Below, piece by piece: positions 55,072-64,000 of a stretch of DNA of 64,000 nucleotides; position 1 is the stretch's first letter, and every line of letters begins with the position of its first letter. The stretch is from an uncultured Methanomassiliicoccales archaeon. GTDB lineage: Archaea; Thermoplasmatota; Thermoplasmata; Methanomassiliicoccales; CAZOLG01. The position numbers and the translations under genes are program-made. The notes under the pieces are model-generated. The model had not been told where the DNA came from, did not search any database, and worked only from the letters and a program-made list of their open reading frames with translations. The DNA is taken from positions 188,745 to 252,744 of the forward strand of contig CAZOLG010000001.1 in assembly GCA_964580935.1 (NCBI GenBank), in the 5' to 3' direction.

Positions 55072-55992
55072 ATGTTGAACAGTATCCTGGAGACCGTGGG
55101 CAAGACTCCAACCGTCAGGTTAAATAAACTGGATACCGAGAATACGGCAGACATATTCTGTAAACTCGAATCATTTAACCCCATGGGCTCGATCAAAGAC
55201 CGGATCGCACTGGCCATGATCGAGGACGCTGAAGAAGAGGGCGAACTGCGGCCGGGGATGACTGTGATCGAACCCACATCAGGGAATACGGGCATCGGCC
55301 TTGCCATGGTCTGCGCAGTCAAAGAGTATCGTTTAGTACTCACCATGCCCGAGAGTATGAGTGTTGAGAGGAGAAAGCTGCTGAAGGTATTGGGCGCCGA
55401 GATCATATTGACTCCTTCAGAGGAGGGGATGGAGGGGGCGATAACACGGGCAGAAGAGATGCTGAATGCCGATGATGACTGCTACATGCCGCAGCAGTTC
55501 AACAACCCCTCCAACCCCGAGATCCACTATCGGACCACAGGAAAAGAGATACTGGATGAACTAGAACGGATCGATGCTTTCGTGGCAGGAGTGGGCACCG
55601 GGGGGACGATTACTGGTGTAGGGAGGGCCCTGAAGGAAGTATACGGTGATGTGGAGATAATCGCAGTGGAGCCCGCCGGCTCACCTGTGCTCTCCGGAGG
55701 ACAGGCGGGACCTCACGCCATACAAGGCATTGGTGCCGGTTTCATACCCGGGATCCTAGACCTGGGGATCATCGACCACATTGTCCAGGTGGAGGAAGAG
55801 GGGGCCGTTGAATGCACTCGAAAACTGGCTCAGGAGGAGGGTATACTGGCCGGGATCTCCTCGGGCGCCGCACTGAGGGCAGCACTGGACGTGGCAGCCA
55901 GACTTGGTTCCGGCAAGAGCGTGGTGGTCATACTCCCGGATAGTGGGGAGAGATACCTGAGCACTTCTCTCTTCTCTGACAGATCTGACTGA
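55072..55992 (+). CDS. cysK: Cysteine synthase A (O-acetylserine sulfhydrylase)
   Basis: PLP-Lys motif FNPMGSIKDR, plus GVGTGGTITG and SSGAA. Confidence 0.9.
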   Translation: MLNSILETVGKTPTVRLNKLDTENTADIFCKLESFNPMGSIKDRIALAMIEDAEEEGELRPGMTVIEPTSGNTGIGLAMVCAVKEYRLVLTMPESMSVERRKLLKVLGAEIILTPSEEGMEGAITRAEEMLNADDDCYMPQQFNNPSNPEIHYRTTGKEILDELERIDAFVAGVGTGGTITGVGRALKEVYGDVEIIAVEPAGSPVLSGGQAGPHAIQGIGAGFIPGILDLGIIDHIVQVEEEGAVECTRKLAQEEGILAGISSGAALRAALDVAARLGSGKSVVVILPDSGERYLSTSLFSDRSD

Positions 55993-56048
55993 TCTTTAGT
56001 TTATTCTCGACCCGCTAATTCCGAGTGCTGATACCTCATCGACGCCGT

Positions 56049-57902
56049 TCACCGCCTGCACTTGCTGTTTGGCACCATGATCTCGAATCGGACCCCCTTA
56101 TCTGGCGTCCCCACCTCTTCGATCTCAAACCCCGATATCTTGACGATCTCCTTGACCAGGTACAGCCCGAAACCGGACGCGTGGCCGTATCCCCTTTCGA
56201 ATATCTTCTCCTTCTTTTCCTCAGAGATTCCCACGCCATTGTCCTCGAAAATAATGCGGGTGTGATCTTCCTCCTCTACATAGCTCACCGCGATGTTTTC
56301 TACCCCTCTACCATGCTCCAGCGTGTTGTGAATGAGGTTGTAGAACGCATTATCCAATAGGGGGTCAGCATAGACTTCTAGCGAATCGAAATCGATATCC
56401 AGATTGACCTCCCAGCTTTCAAATCTCAACCACTGCTTCTTGATATCATCCGCGACATTGATCCATTCCGGACTTTGCGTTCCAATCCGCTGGTAATTCC
56501 TTTGAAATTCCAGGTGGTCGTAGATATCCTCGATATTCGTTCTAATCTTTTCGAGATACCTGGTGAGTTTCTCGTCCTTCACATTGCTCAACACCAGGTC
56601 GTTGTAACCCTCGATCACGGAGAGTTTGTTATAGATATCGTGACGGATCACACTACTGATTAGATTCAGTTTACTATGAGCCAGTTCAAGATCGTTGTGA
56701 ATATTCTTGCGTTCAGTGATGTCCCTCACGGACTCAATAGCCCCTATTGTCTCCCCGTTCTCGTCATAAAGAGGAGAAGCCATGATCCATACGTACGCTC
56801 CTTCTCCTTCGCGTAGATTGGGGGCGTAGGACTCTGCAATGTAAGTGTCCCCCTCTCTCTCAATGCAATCATAACAGCTCTTAATGCTCTCAATTTCCCC
56901 CTCATCCTCTGAGAAGATCAGATCGACAACGATCAGCCTGTTCTCCCCGTAGAAAGGCTTTCCCCGTGCTAGCACCCCCTTGCCCATCATCTCCTGTTTG
57001 GAATATCCGGTGAGTCTCTCCATTGCCCTGTTCCATGCAGATATCTTTCCGTCGGAATCGACAACGAATGTGGCATCCGGCAGAAAATCAATAATCTGCT
57101 CCATTTCTTTCTGTGTCCTACGCAGCTCCTGCTCGGCCCTCTTCCTTTCCGTGATATCGTGTGCGGTGCAGACAATGTACCCCACTTCGCCCTCATTGTT
57201 CAATTTCGGGTTCTTGGTAACCACCAGGCATCTGAGCTTCCCCTCACTATCGGTGACCCATTCCTCCTTCTGATACTTCTCTCCGGTCCGGAAGACTTCT
57301 TTATTACCCGCTATACAAACTTCTGCCTCTGAAGGGGGCATCACCTCACACAACCTCCTCCCTTCCATCTCTTCCTTTCTCATTCCCAAGAAATCTGCTC
57401 TCGCCCTGTTGACATTGCCGTATACCTCAGGGTCAACGGCGTACCACACCTGGGTCTCGATATCGTCCAATAGCCTGCTCTGGCAGTACAGAGCCTCTCC
57501 AGAATTACTTTCAGTTACTTCCGATATTCCCCCCAAAACCTGCTCAATCGTATCCATAAGTCCATCCGACCGCCGTTCAAGATCTTCTCCCTCTTTCAAA
57601 TGGAAACGGTCGTCTTCATCCGACGCCTGAATAGCCTCTTGTCCAGGCTCTTCAGAAAGAAATATTATAGGTGTCGAGCAGCCCTCATCTCCCAGCTTTC
57701 TCAATAGTTCGCTCCCAGTGATCGATAGTACTGAGGAATCAGTGAGAACAATATCGTATTCTAAGTCCCTTATAGAGCTGAAAGCTCCATCTATCGTGTC
57801 TGCAGTTTCAATGGTGAAACGGTTCTCAGTCCCCTCAAAATAATTCTCCACTTGCTTCAGACTGTCTGGTCCTTCGTTGATTACCAATATTCTGACCGCC
57901 AT
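56049..57902 (-). CDS. Hybrid sensor: receiver (REC) + PAS domains + histidine kinase
   Basis: Start at ATG 57902 (MAVRILVINEGPD). Two or three PAS-like segments. H-box IRHDIYNKL, N-box LIHNTLEHG, G-box FERGYGHASGFGLYLV. Confidence 0.8.
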   Translation of the reverse strand: MAVRILVINEGPDSLKQVENYFEGTENRFTIETADTIDGAFSSIRDLEYDIVLTDSSVLSITGSELLRKLGDEGCSTPIIFLSEEPGQEAIQASDEDDRFHLKEGEDLERRSDGLMDTIEQVLGGISEVTESNSGEALYCQSRLLDDIETQVWYAVDPEVYGNVNRARADFLGMRKEEMEGRRLCEVMPPSEAEVCIAGNKEVFRTGEKYQKEEWVTDSEGKLRCLVVTKNPKLNNEGEVGYIVCTAHDITERKRAEQELRRTQKEMEQIIDFLPDATFVVDSDGKISAWNRAMERLTGYSKQEMMGKGVLARGKPFYGENRLIVVDLIFSEDEGEIESIKSCYDCIEREGDTYIAESYAPNLREGEGAYVWIMASPLYDENGETIGAIESVRDITERKNIHNDLELAHSKLNLISSVIRHDIYNKLSVIEGYNDLVLSNVKDEKLTRYLEKIRTNIEDIYDHLEFQRNYQRIGTQSPEWINVADDIKKQWLRFESWEVNLDIDFDSLEVYADPLLDNAFYNLIHNTLEHGRGVENIAVSYVEEEDHTRIIFEDNGVGISEEKKEKIFERGYGHASGFGLYLVKEIVKISGFEIEEVGTPDKGVRFEIMVPNSKCRR

Positions 57903-58228
57903 GCGCGTCTTCACCTCGGAGTGGATCTCTTCCGTTGAGGGGGGCCAAAAACCCTCCAACTCTCTTACTCCTTCATTACATTTATTTCTATTGTATTAAT
58001 TCAGTTTCTAATCATATATCATTTCGATTGGAAATCAAAAGATTAGTCTCTGGCAGTCGCGTCCACAGCGGCGATTACCACCAGATAACTGGCCTGAGGG
58101 CAGATAAGATACCCCCATCCGCAGATCGAATATGCTCCCTCCAATCCCCCTGAATCACGCCCGAACGCAGACCTGCAACATTGGAGAAAGATATTTGAAT
58201 ACACAATTGTTTGGCGGTCTTGCCGACT

Positions 58229-58882
58229 ATGAGATGGAAAGAAGACGTCTACACCGTACTGGAAAGGGATCCTGCGCCCAAGTCGTTCAAAGAAGCCCTG
58301 TTCTTCAGTCAGGGGCTGCATGCGGTACTGATATATAGGGTGTCCAATCGCCTGTATCGGAGAGGGCATCATAACCTTGCTAGGGCTCTGAACTATCTAG
58401 CCCGTTTTCTCACTGGTGCAGATATCCACCCGGGGGCGACGGTCGGCAGAGGATTTTTCATAGACCACGCCACAGGAGTGGTAATCGGTGAGACCTCGGA
58501 GATCGGCGAGGATGTATCAATCTTCCAAGGGGTAACTCTGGGCGGGGTGAGCACTTCCAAAGGAAAGAGACATCCCACGATAGGGAGTAACGTGGTCATC
58601 GGAGCTAATGCCACGATTTTGGGAGACATACATATCGGTGATAACGTTAAGGTCGGTGCCGGCTCAGTGGTGGTCAAGGACGTGCCCCATGACTCAACGG
58701 TGGTCGGGGTACCTGGAAAGATAGTGAAGAGGAACGGCGAGTCCAAAGTCGATCTCAGGCACGACCTATTGCCTGATCCCCTGGTGGACGCGTTGAAGGA
58801 CATTGTTCACAACATTCACGAGTTGGAGCACAGGATCAGCGAGCTGGAAGAGTCACTCAGGAGCGAAGATAGCGAGGAATGA
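58229..58882 (+). CDS. cysE: Serine O-acetyltransferase
   Basis: N-terminus VLERDPA. DIHPGATVGRGFFIDHATGVVIGETSEIGEDV hexapeptide repeats. Start at ATG 58229 (the track TTG is at 58211). Confidence 0.85.
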   Translation: MRWKEDVYTVLERDPAPKSFKEALFFSQGLHAVLIYRVSNRLYRRGHHNLARALNYLARFLTGADIHPGATVGRGFFIDHATGVVIGETSEIGEDVSIFQGVTLGGVSTSKGKRHPTIGSNVVIGANATILGDIHIGDNVKVGAGSVVVKDVPHDSTVVGVPGKIVKRNGESKVDLRHDLLPDPLVDALKDIVHNIHELEHRISELEESLRSEDSEE

Positions 58883-59037
58883 AGTTATCTGGACGGTTTG
58901 GGGACGTGCTCTTCCAGTCAATATTCAATCTTGAGGTCTCTCAGTGATTGAACATTTAATTGCAAGTTATTCGCCCAAAAGTGGAGATGAAAAAGGAGAT
59001 ATAAAGGAAATCGTGTTTGCAGTCTTAGGCCTAGACA

Positions 59038-60429
59038 ATGAAGCTGAAGATGTATAACACCCTGACCAATGAGAAAGAGGAATTCAGACCGATTGAAGAT
59101 GGAAAGGTCAAGATATACGTCTGCGGGGTGACTGTGTACGATGAGATGCACATGGGTCATGCCCGTTCCATCGTTATTTTTGATATGATAGTCAGGTATC
59201 TCAGATACAAGGGTTACGATGTCACCCATGTCACCAATTTCACTGATGTTGATGACAAGATAATCGACAGGGCCAATAAGCTCGGTGTCCCTCCGTTGGA
59301 ACTATCGCAGAAGTATATTGAACACTACTTCAGGGATATCGACACCTTGAAGGTCGCACACGCTGATTTCTATCCCAAAGCCTCAGACACTATTGACGAA
59401 ATTATCCAGATGATTCAGGAGATTATGGATAACGGTTATGCGTATGAATCCAATGGATCCGTCTATTTCTCTATGGGAGAGGTAGAAGACTACGGTGTAC
59501 TATCCGGCCAGAAGATCGAGGAACTCCGTTCCAGCGGGGAGGATACAGAGGACAAGAGGAGTCCAATGGACTTCGCCCTCTGGAAGGCAGCCAAACCGAA
59601 GGAGATCTCCTGGGAGAGCCCGTGGGGCCCCGGAAGGCCGGGCTGGCACATCGAATGCTCGGTGATGAGCAGGGAATACCTTGGAGACCTCATCGACATT
59701 CATGGAGGAGGTAACGACCTTGTTTTCCCTCATCACGAGAACGAGATACTGCAGACTCGATCAGTTGCTGGTACCAATCTGGCAAAGTACTGGATTCACA
59801 ATGGGATGCTCGAACTGCAGGGAGAGAAGATGTCCAAATCTCTTGATAATTTCTTCACCGTCGAGCAGGTGTTGAACGACTTCACCCCCGAGACTGTTCG
59901 GTTCTACCTGCTGAACACACACTACCGGAAGCCATTGAGTTTCAGCGATCAGGCTCTTGAGGAGGCGGCCTCTAGTCTGCAGAGACTTCACAACACCTAC
60001 CGGCAGCTGAAGGATCTCGGCGAGTCAGGAGATGAAGGACAGGACGTCTCAGAACTGGTGAATCGGACAAGAGACCAGTTCCTTGAGCAAATGGATGATG
60101 ACTTCAACTCCAGGGCGGCGGTGTCCACTCTATTCGACCTTGCGCGGGAAGCGAACAGGTTGATGGGGGAGGGTCGGCTGGGAGCTGAGGGCGCACTCAG
60201 CATTATCAGCCTGCTGGAGGACCTTGACCAGATCCTGAAGATTCTGCCTGAGGAGGGTGGGAAACCCGAGATCTCTGAGGACCTGGTCGAAATACTGATC
60301 GAGGTCAGAGAAGAGTTGCGGACCAGAGAGAATTACGATCTTGCCGATCTGATCAGGGACAGATTGGACGAAATGGGTATTGTTCTAGAGGACACAAAGG
60401 AGGGGGCGAGATGGAAGCAGAAACGATGA
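59038..60429 (+). CDS. cysS: Cysteinyl-tRNA synthetase
   Basis: HMGHA, KMSKS, and WHIEC zinc-site context. Confidence 0.9.
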   Translation: MKLKMYNTLTNEKEEFRPIEDGKVKIYVCGVTVYDEMHMGHARSIVIFDMIVRYLRYKGYDVTHVTNFTDVDDKIIDRANKLGVPPLELSQKYIEHYFRDIDTLKVAHADFYPKASDTIDEIIQMIQEIMDNGYAYESNGSVYFSMGEVEDYGVLSGQKIEELRSSGEDTEDKRSPMDFALWKAAKPKEISWESPWGPGRPGWHIECSVMSREYLGDLIDIHGGGNDLVFPHHENEILQTRSVAGTNLAKYWIHNGMLELQGEKMSKSLDNFFTVEQVLNDFTPETVRFYLLNTHYRKPLSFSDQALEEAASSLQRLHNTYRQLKDLGESGDEGQDVSELVNRTRDQFLEQMDDDFNSRAAVSTLFDLAREANRLMGEGRLGAEGALSIISLLEDLDQILKILPEEGGKPEISEDLVEILIEVREELRTRENYDLADLIRDRLDEMGIVLEDTKEGARWKQKR

Positions 60430-61451
60430 GTCCTGTTATGAAGAAGGCGGTGCTGATCACAGGAAGGGAGGTCAAGATACCGGAGAGTTTTAAACCTCCG
60501 TTCAGGCTGAGTCGTTCCACAGCCGGTCCCGGTGCGGGGTCTCCCTCCATGGTCCTAACTTTTGGCGACATGAGGGTCAAGAAATCTGTTTCCAGACACG
60601 AGGGCGAATTCGAATTGATAGAAGAGAGCGGTGCCTACAAGCTACTTCGCAATGGAGAGGATTTCATTTCCGATGTGGACATTCAGCCCACAATCGCTCA
60701 TTCTCCTGAACAGGCTTTCTTTAACCTGGAACACAGGTGTATGTACGACTGCAAGTTCTGCAAGTCTGCCAGGTTGGAGAGACACCTCACCAAGGACCTC
60801 TCTCCGGAAAAGATAGTGGAGATGGCTCTCAAGTACTCTGAGAGAGAGGACTTTCAGGGGGTTGCCCTAACCAGCGCTGTGTCTGAGAGCCCTTCGGAGA
60901 CGGTGTTGAAGATGGCCCATATCGTTTGTCGGTTGAGAGAGGAACTGGGACTCGAGGTGCCCATCGGTGTCGAACCATACGTCTCCAGCCGTGAAGATAT
61001 TGACCGGCTCAAGGCCGCGGGGGCCGATGAGATCAAGATCAATATCGAGACCTATGACCAAGAGATATTCGATAAGGTCTGCGGGAAGATGGATTACGAA
61101 TGGATCCTGGAGGCTATCGAATATGCTGGAAAGGTGTTCGGAAAGGGGAGTGTGGCTTCCAATATTATCTACGGACTGGGAGAGACCGATGATAACATCA
61201 TCGAGGGCGTAGAACACCTGGCCAAGCTGGGGTGCGTAGCCACACTGAGGGCTCTCAGGCTGGACGAGGTCAACAGAGAAACGCTGGAGGAGGCACTGGG
61301 ACCGCTCAAGCCGGTGGGACCACACCGGATGATCGAACTGGCCAAGAGACAGAAAGATGTTTTTCTGCTCTACGATCTGAGACCAGATGATTTCAAGACG
61401 ATGTGTCATCTCTGTACCTGTTGTGATATCGTACCGTTCCGAGATATTTAG
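60426..61451 (+). CDS. Radical SAM protein of unknown specificity, translationally coupled to cysS
   Basis: ATGA overlap with the cysS stop. CMYDCKFC (Cx3Cx2C). C-terminal CHLCTCC cluster. Confidence 0.7.
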   Translation: MSPVMKKAVLITGREVKIPESFKPPFRLSRSTAGPGAGSPSMVLTFGDMRVKKSVSRHEGEFELIEESGAYKLLRNGEDFISDVDIQPTIAHSPEQAFFNLEHRCMYDCKFCKSARLERHLTKDLSPEKIVEMALKYSEREDFQGVALTSAVSESPSETVLKMAHIVCRLREELGLEVPIGVEPYVSSREDIDRLKAAGADEIKINIETYDQEIFDKVCGKMDYEWILEAIEYAGKVFGKGSVASNIIYGLGETDDNIIEGVEHLAKLGCVATLRALRLDEVNRETLEEALGPLKPVGPHRMIELAKRQKDVFLLYDLRPDDFKTMCHLCTCCDIVPFRDI

Positions 61452-61548
61452 GCCAGCAACCTTGGATTGCTTAAAGAGGAGATAACAAGGGCGGAATGAT
61501 GAGTGTAAAGGGACCCGATTATCGTCATCGATTCTTACCGCTATAGAT

Positions 61549-61566
61549 ATTTAGGTATACCGAAAT
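61549..61566. promoter_or_regulatory. DtxR/IdeR-like palindromic operator candidate upstream of the dtxR-feoB operon
   Basis: ATTTAGGTATACCGAAAT is an 18-bp palindrome with one mismatched pair. It is nested in the 9-bp inverted repeat AGATATTTA (61545..61553) / TAAATATCT (61569..61577), 33 nt before the ATG. Confidence 0.5.
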
Positions 61567-61598
61567 ATTAAATATCTCGATAGATATCCATATGCTAG

Positions 61599-62264
61599 AT
61601 GATCAGCAGGAATGCAGAAGATTATCTGGAATGCATTTACGATCTCACAAGGGGGAACAGTCCGGCCAAGACCAACGAAATCGCCTCTAGGATAGGCGTT
61701 TCTCCGGCCAGCGTCACAGAGATGGTACAGAAACTGGCAGCTGAAGGTCACCTGAACTACAAGAAGTACAAGGGGGCCACACTGACCCCCAAAGGAATGA
61801 GGGTCGCCAAGAAGATGAAGAGGCGCCATCGCCTTCTGGAGAGGTTCTTAGTGGATATATTGGGAATCAGGAAGGATAAAGGGGGGGAGGAGGCCTGCCG
61901 CCTGGAACACATAGTGTCCGATGAATCCATGCAGAAAATATGCCAGCTCATGAACGATCCAAGTATATGCCCTGATGGCCGACCCTATCCTGAATGTGAA
62001 GAAGATTGCGAATTTACTAGGGAGGGAAGTCAATACACTCTTCAGGACCTTACAGAGGGCGAAATGGGGAAGATTACCCATCTCAGTTGTGAACACCCGG
62101 GCCGTATTCGTCGTTTGATCTCCATGGGATTCGTTCCAGGAAGGACTATCGAGATGGAGGAGAGCATTCCCCTGGGAGGACCGTTGCTTCTTAAACTGGA
62201 GAACAACAGGGTCGCTCTGGCTAGAGAATATGCTAGACTGGTCCACGTGAGAAGGTGTACGTGA
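61599..62264 (+). CDS. DtxR/MntR-family metal-dependent repressor with C-terminal FeoA-like (SH3) domain
   Basis: NAEDYLECIY, the wHTH segment, and a C-terminus GEMGKITHLS...RRLISMGFVPGRTIEM typical of FeoA. Confidence 0.85.
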   Translation: MISRNAEDYLECIYDLTRGNSPAKTNEIASRIGVSPASVTEMVQKLAAEGHLNYKKYKGATLTPKGMRVAKKMKRRHRLLERFLVDILGIRKDKGGEEACRLEHIVSDESMQKICQLMNDPSICPDGRPYPECEEDCEFTREGSQYTLQDLTEGEMGKITHLSCEHPGRIRRLISMGFVPGRTIEMEESIPLGGPLLLKLENNRVALAREYARLVHVRRCT

Positions 62265-64000
62265 TGGAGATTGCCCTGGTCGGCAACCCAAATGTTGGTA
62301 AATCAGTCCTTTTCAACCGGATTACAGGAGTGGGGGTCATCTCCTCCAACTACCCTGGCACCACAGTGGAAATCCTGAAGGGGAGGGTAAGATGTGCCGA
62401 CCAGACGATCGACGTGATTGACCTCCCCGGAATATACTCCCTATCCGGGTCAACAAAGGACGAGGAGGTCAGCCTGGAGCTACTCGCCGAGAGACGGCCT
62501 TCAGCAGTGATAGCAGTCGTGGATGCCACCAGGCTTGAACAGGGAATGGTGCTGGTGTTCCAGCTGATCGAGATGGGATTTCCTGTTGTCGTGGCCCTTA
62601 ACTTCATGGATGTGGCCAAAAAGCGTTTCGATATCGATGTGGAAAAGCTCTCTGAAATACTCGATATACCGGTGGTGCCCACGGTGGCTGTTACCGGAGA
62701 GGGGGTGGACAAACTCTGCTCAAAGGTTTTCTCCGGACAGGTGACGGCCTCAGAGTTCTCAGTGAGCTATGATGGTCATATTGAATCCATCCTGGAAAGG
62801 CTCACCTCAATGGAGGACAGAGAACTAGATTTTCCACTCAGGGGCAGCATTCTGAAACTCCTGGAGAACAACGAGCTCTTCACAGAGAAGATATCCGAGA
62901 AGGTCAGAGAGGAGGCCGATGGGTTCAAGAAAGAATTCGAAGGGGTCCATGGGGAGACAATAGACGTCCATATCGCCAGAGACAGGTACGGCGAGGCGGG
63001 GAAGGTGGCCTCCGAATGTCTGATGAAGCTGGAGAGCGAGGAGACACTGAAGGAGAGGGTTTCCGCCCTCACCCTCAGCCCCGGATTCGGTCTCCCTTTA
63101 CTGGCCCTGGTGCTGGTGAGTATCTTCCTTTCTGTTGTATACGTAGGAGGATTACTAGAAGGGGTCATCTTGGAAGGATACAGCCTACTGGTGGGTGATT
63201 TTTTCGCAGATCTGGCCTCCCTTATCGGGGGTCAACCCGGTGTTGCCATAGCCACCGGTATCGACCTGAGCATCCAGGCCATACTGGCCATCGTGATCCC
63301 CTATATCTTGGTGTTCTACATTATTCTGGGCGTCCTGGAAGACTCAGGGTATCTACCTCGTGTGGTGGTCATGCTGGACGGATTGATGCACAAGATCGGT
63401 CTTCACGGCCGGGCGATCATACCGATGATCGTGGGGCTGGGCTGCAACGTTCCAGCCATTCTGGCCACCAGGACCATTGAATCGCGCAGAGAAAGGCTGA
63501 TACTGGCCACAATTACCATCATTACAATACCCTGCTCTGCCCAGACGGTGGTGATTATAGGGACCGTGGGAAACTACAGCGGCGTTGAGTGGGCAGCTTT
63601 GATCTACGTGCTGCTGTTCGCAATGGTCATCATACTGGGTCGTCTGCTGCACAAGTACATGAAGTTTGAGCCTTCCAGTCTAGCCATCGAGGTACCGGAC
63701 CTCGCATACCCCGAGGCCAGGAACGTGCTCTTTAAGACCTGGTTGAGAGTGAAAGAATTCTTATTCATAGCTTTCCCAATACTGCTGGTGGGCAGCATAT
63801 TCCTTGAATTCGCCATGGTCTATGATATACTGGACATGATTATCCAGCCCCTATCTCCCTTCACCGTTGGCCTTCTGGGACTACCGGCGGTTACAGTGAT
63901 AGCCTTGATATTTGGCGTTCTCAGGAAAGAAATGGCCCTGCAGTTGCTGGTGGTGCTGTTCGGTTCAACCAATCTGGCTCTGTTCCTGAACCCTTCTCAA
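62264..64000 (+). CDS. feoB: Ferrous iron transporter FeoB (3' end beyond window)
   Basis: Not in the ORF track because there is no stop in the window. ATG 62264 overlaps the dtxR TGA. G-domain motifs LVGNPNVGKS, NYPGTTVE, DLPG and NFMD, followed by polytopic membrane sequence. The frame is open to 64000. Confidence 0.9.
   Translation, partial: MEIALVGNPNVGKSVLFNRITGVGVISSNYPGTTVEILKGRVRCADQTIDVIDLPGIYSLSGSTKDEEVSLELLAERRPSAVIAVVDATRLEQGMVLVFQLIEMGFPVVVALNFMDVAKKRFDIDVEKLSEILDIPVVPTVAVTGEGVDKLCSKVFSGQVTASEFSVSYDGHIESILERLTSMEDRELDFPLRGSILKLLENNELFTEKISEKVREEADGFKKEFEGVHGETIDVHIARDRYGEAGKVASECLMKLESEETLKERVSALTLSPGFGLPLLALVLVSIFLSVVYVGGLLEGVILEGYSLLVGDFFADLASLIGGQPGVAIATGIDLSIQAILAIVIPYILVFYIILGVLEDSGYLPRVVVMLDGLMHKIGLHGRAIIPMIVGLGCNVPAILATRTIESRRERLILATITIITIPCSAQTVVIIGTVGNYSGVEWAALIYVLLFAMVIILGRLLHKYMKFEPSSLAIEVPDLAYPEARNVLFKTWLRVKEFLFIAFPILLVGSIFLEFAMVYDILDMIIQPLSPFTVGLLGLPAVTVIALIFGVLRKEMALQLLVVLFGSTNLALFLNPSQ

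Noticed and set aside
58090-58150. CTGAGG...ACCCCC...GATCG upstream of cysE, which superficially recalled a TPP riboswitch core (such riboswitches are known in Thermoplasmata).
   Set aside because: The conserved CUGAGA/ACCUGAUCUGGAUAAUGCCAGCG elements are not present, and the downstream gene is not thiamine-related.

Overview
All calls rest on manual motif reading plus the supplied ORF track; no database search was possible. The window is a densely coded, roughly 50% GC archaeal chromosomal segment. Archaeal indicators: an intron-containing tRNA-Cys, archaeal-type GlyRS and ValRS, ADP-forming acetyl-CoA synthetase, TATA-box/leaderless gene starts, and a heliorhodopsin typical of Thermoplasmata. 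The lineage assignment is inference. TAG ends about 17 of about 55 genes, so pyrrolysine decoding is unlikely.

Layout:
(1) 0.25-11.8 kb: a corrinoid methyl-transfer locus. Two Zn-type URO-D methyltransferase paralogs flank a B12-binding protein. Next come an Amidohydro_3 hydrolase, a class-III aminotransferase, a RACo-type reductive activase, an Lrp regulator, a split COG0523 metallochaperone and a radical SAM/SPASM enzyme.
(2) 11.8-14.1 kb: topoisomerase I.
(3) 14.1-23.2 kb: a 9.05 kb integrated element bounded by perfect 30-bp direct repeats that include the topA TATA box. It carries a tyrosine integrase, a P-loop replication-like protein and many zinc-ribbon/TM mini-proteins.
(4) 23.7-32.3 kb: nikR, ACD alpha, an AsnB-like protein, folC-like, nth, hypA/hypD and an arsM-like gene.
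(5) 32.7-34.2 kb: a heliorhodopsin operon.
(6) 34.3-44 kb: tRNA-Gly, a DEAD-box helicase, then a long minus-strand run of amidohydrolase, USP, CBS, GlyRS, a CBSx4 protein with an HPF/RaiA-like C-terminal domain, and ValRS.
(7) 44-54 kb: ferredoxin, a TrxR-like flavoprotein, ThpR, three pilin-like genes, two cysteine desulfurases, pyrD/pyrK and an AksA/LeuA-like synthase.
(8) 54.4-60.4 kb: a cysteine-centred cluster of tRNA-Cys, cysK, cysE, cysS and a REC-PAS histidine kinase.
(9) 60.4-64 kb: a radical SAM gene, a DtxR/FeoA regulator with a palindromic operator, and feoB (truncated by the window end).

The most interesting candidates are the CBS-HPF-like fusion, the heliorhodopsin operon, the unusual corrinoid methyltransferase locus and the topA-promoter-targeting integrated element.
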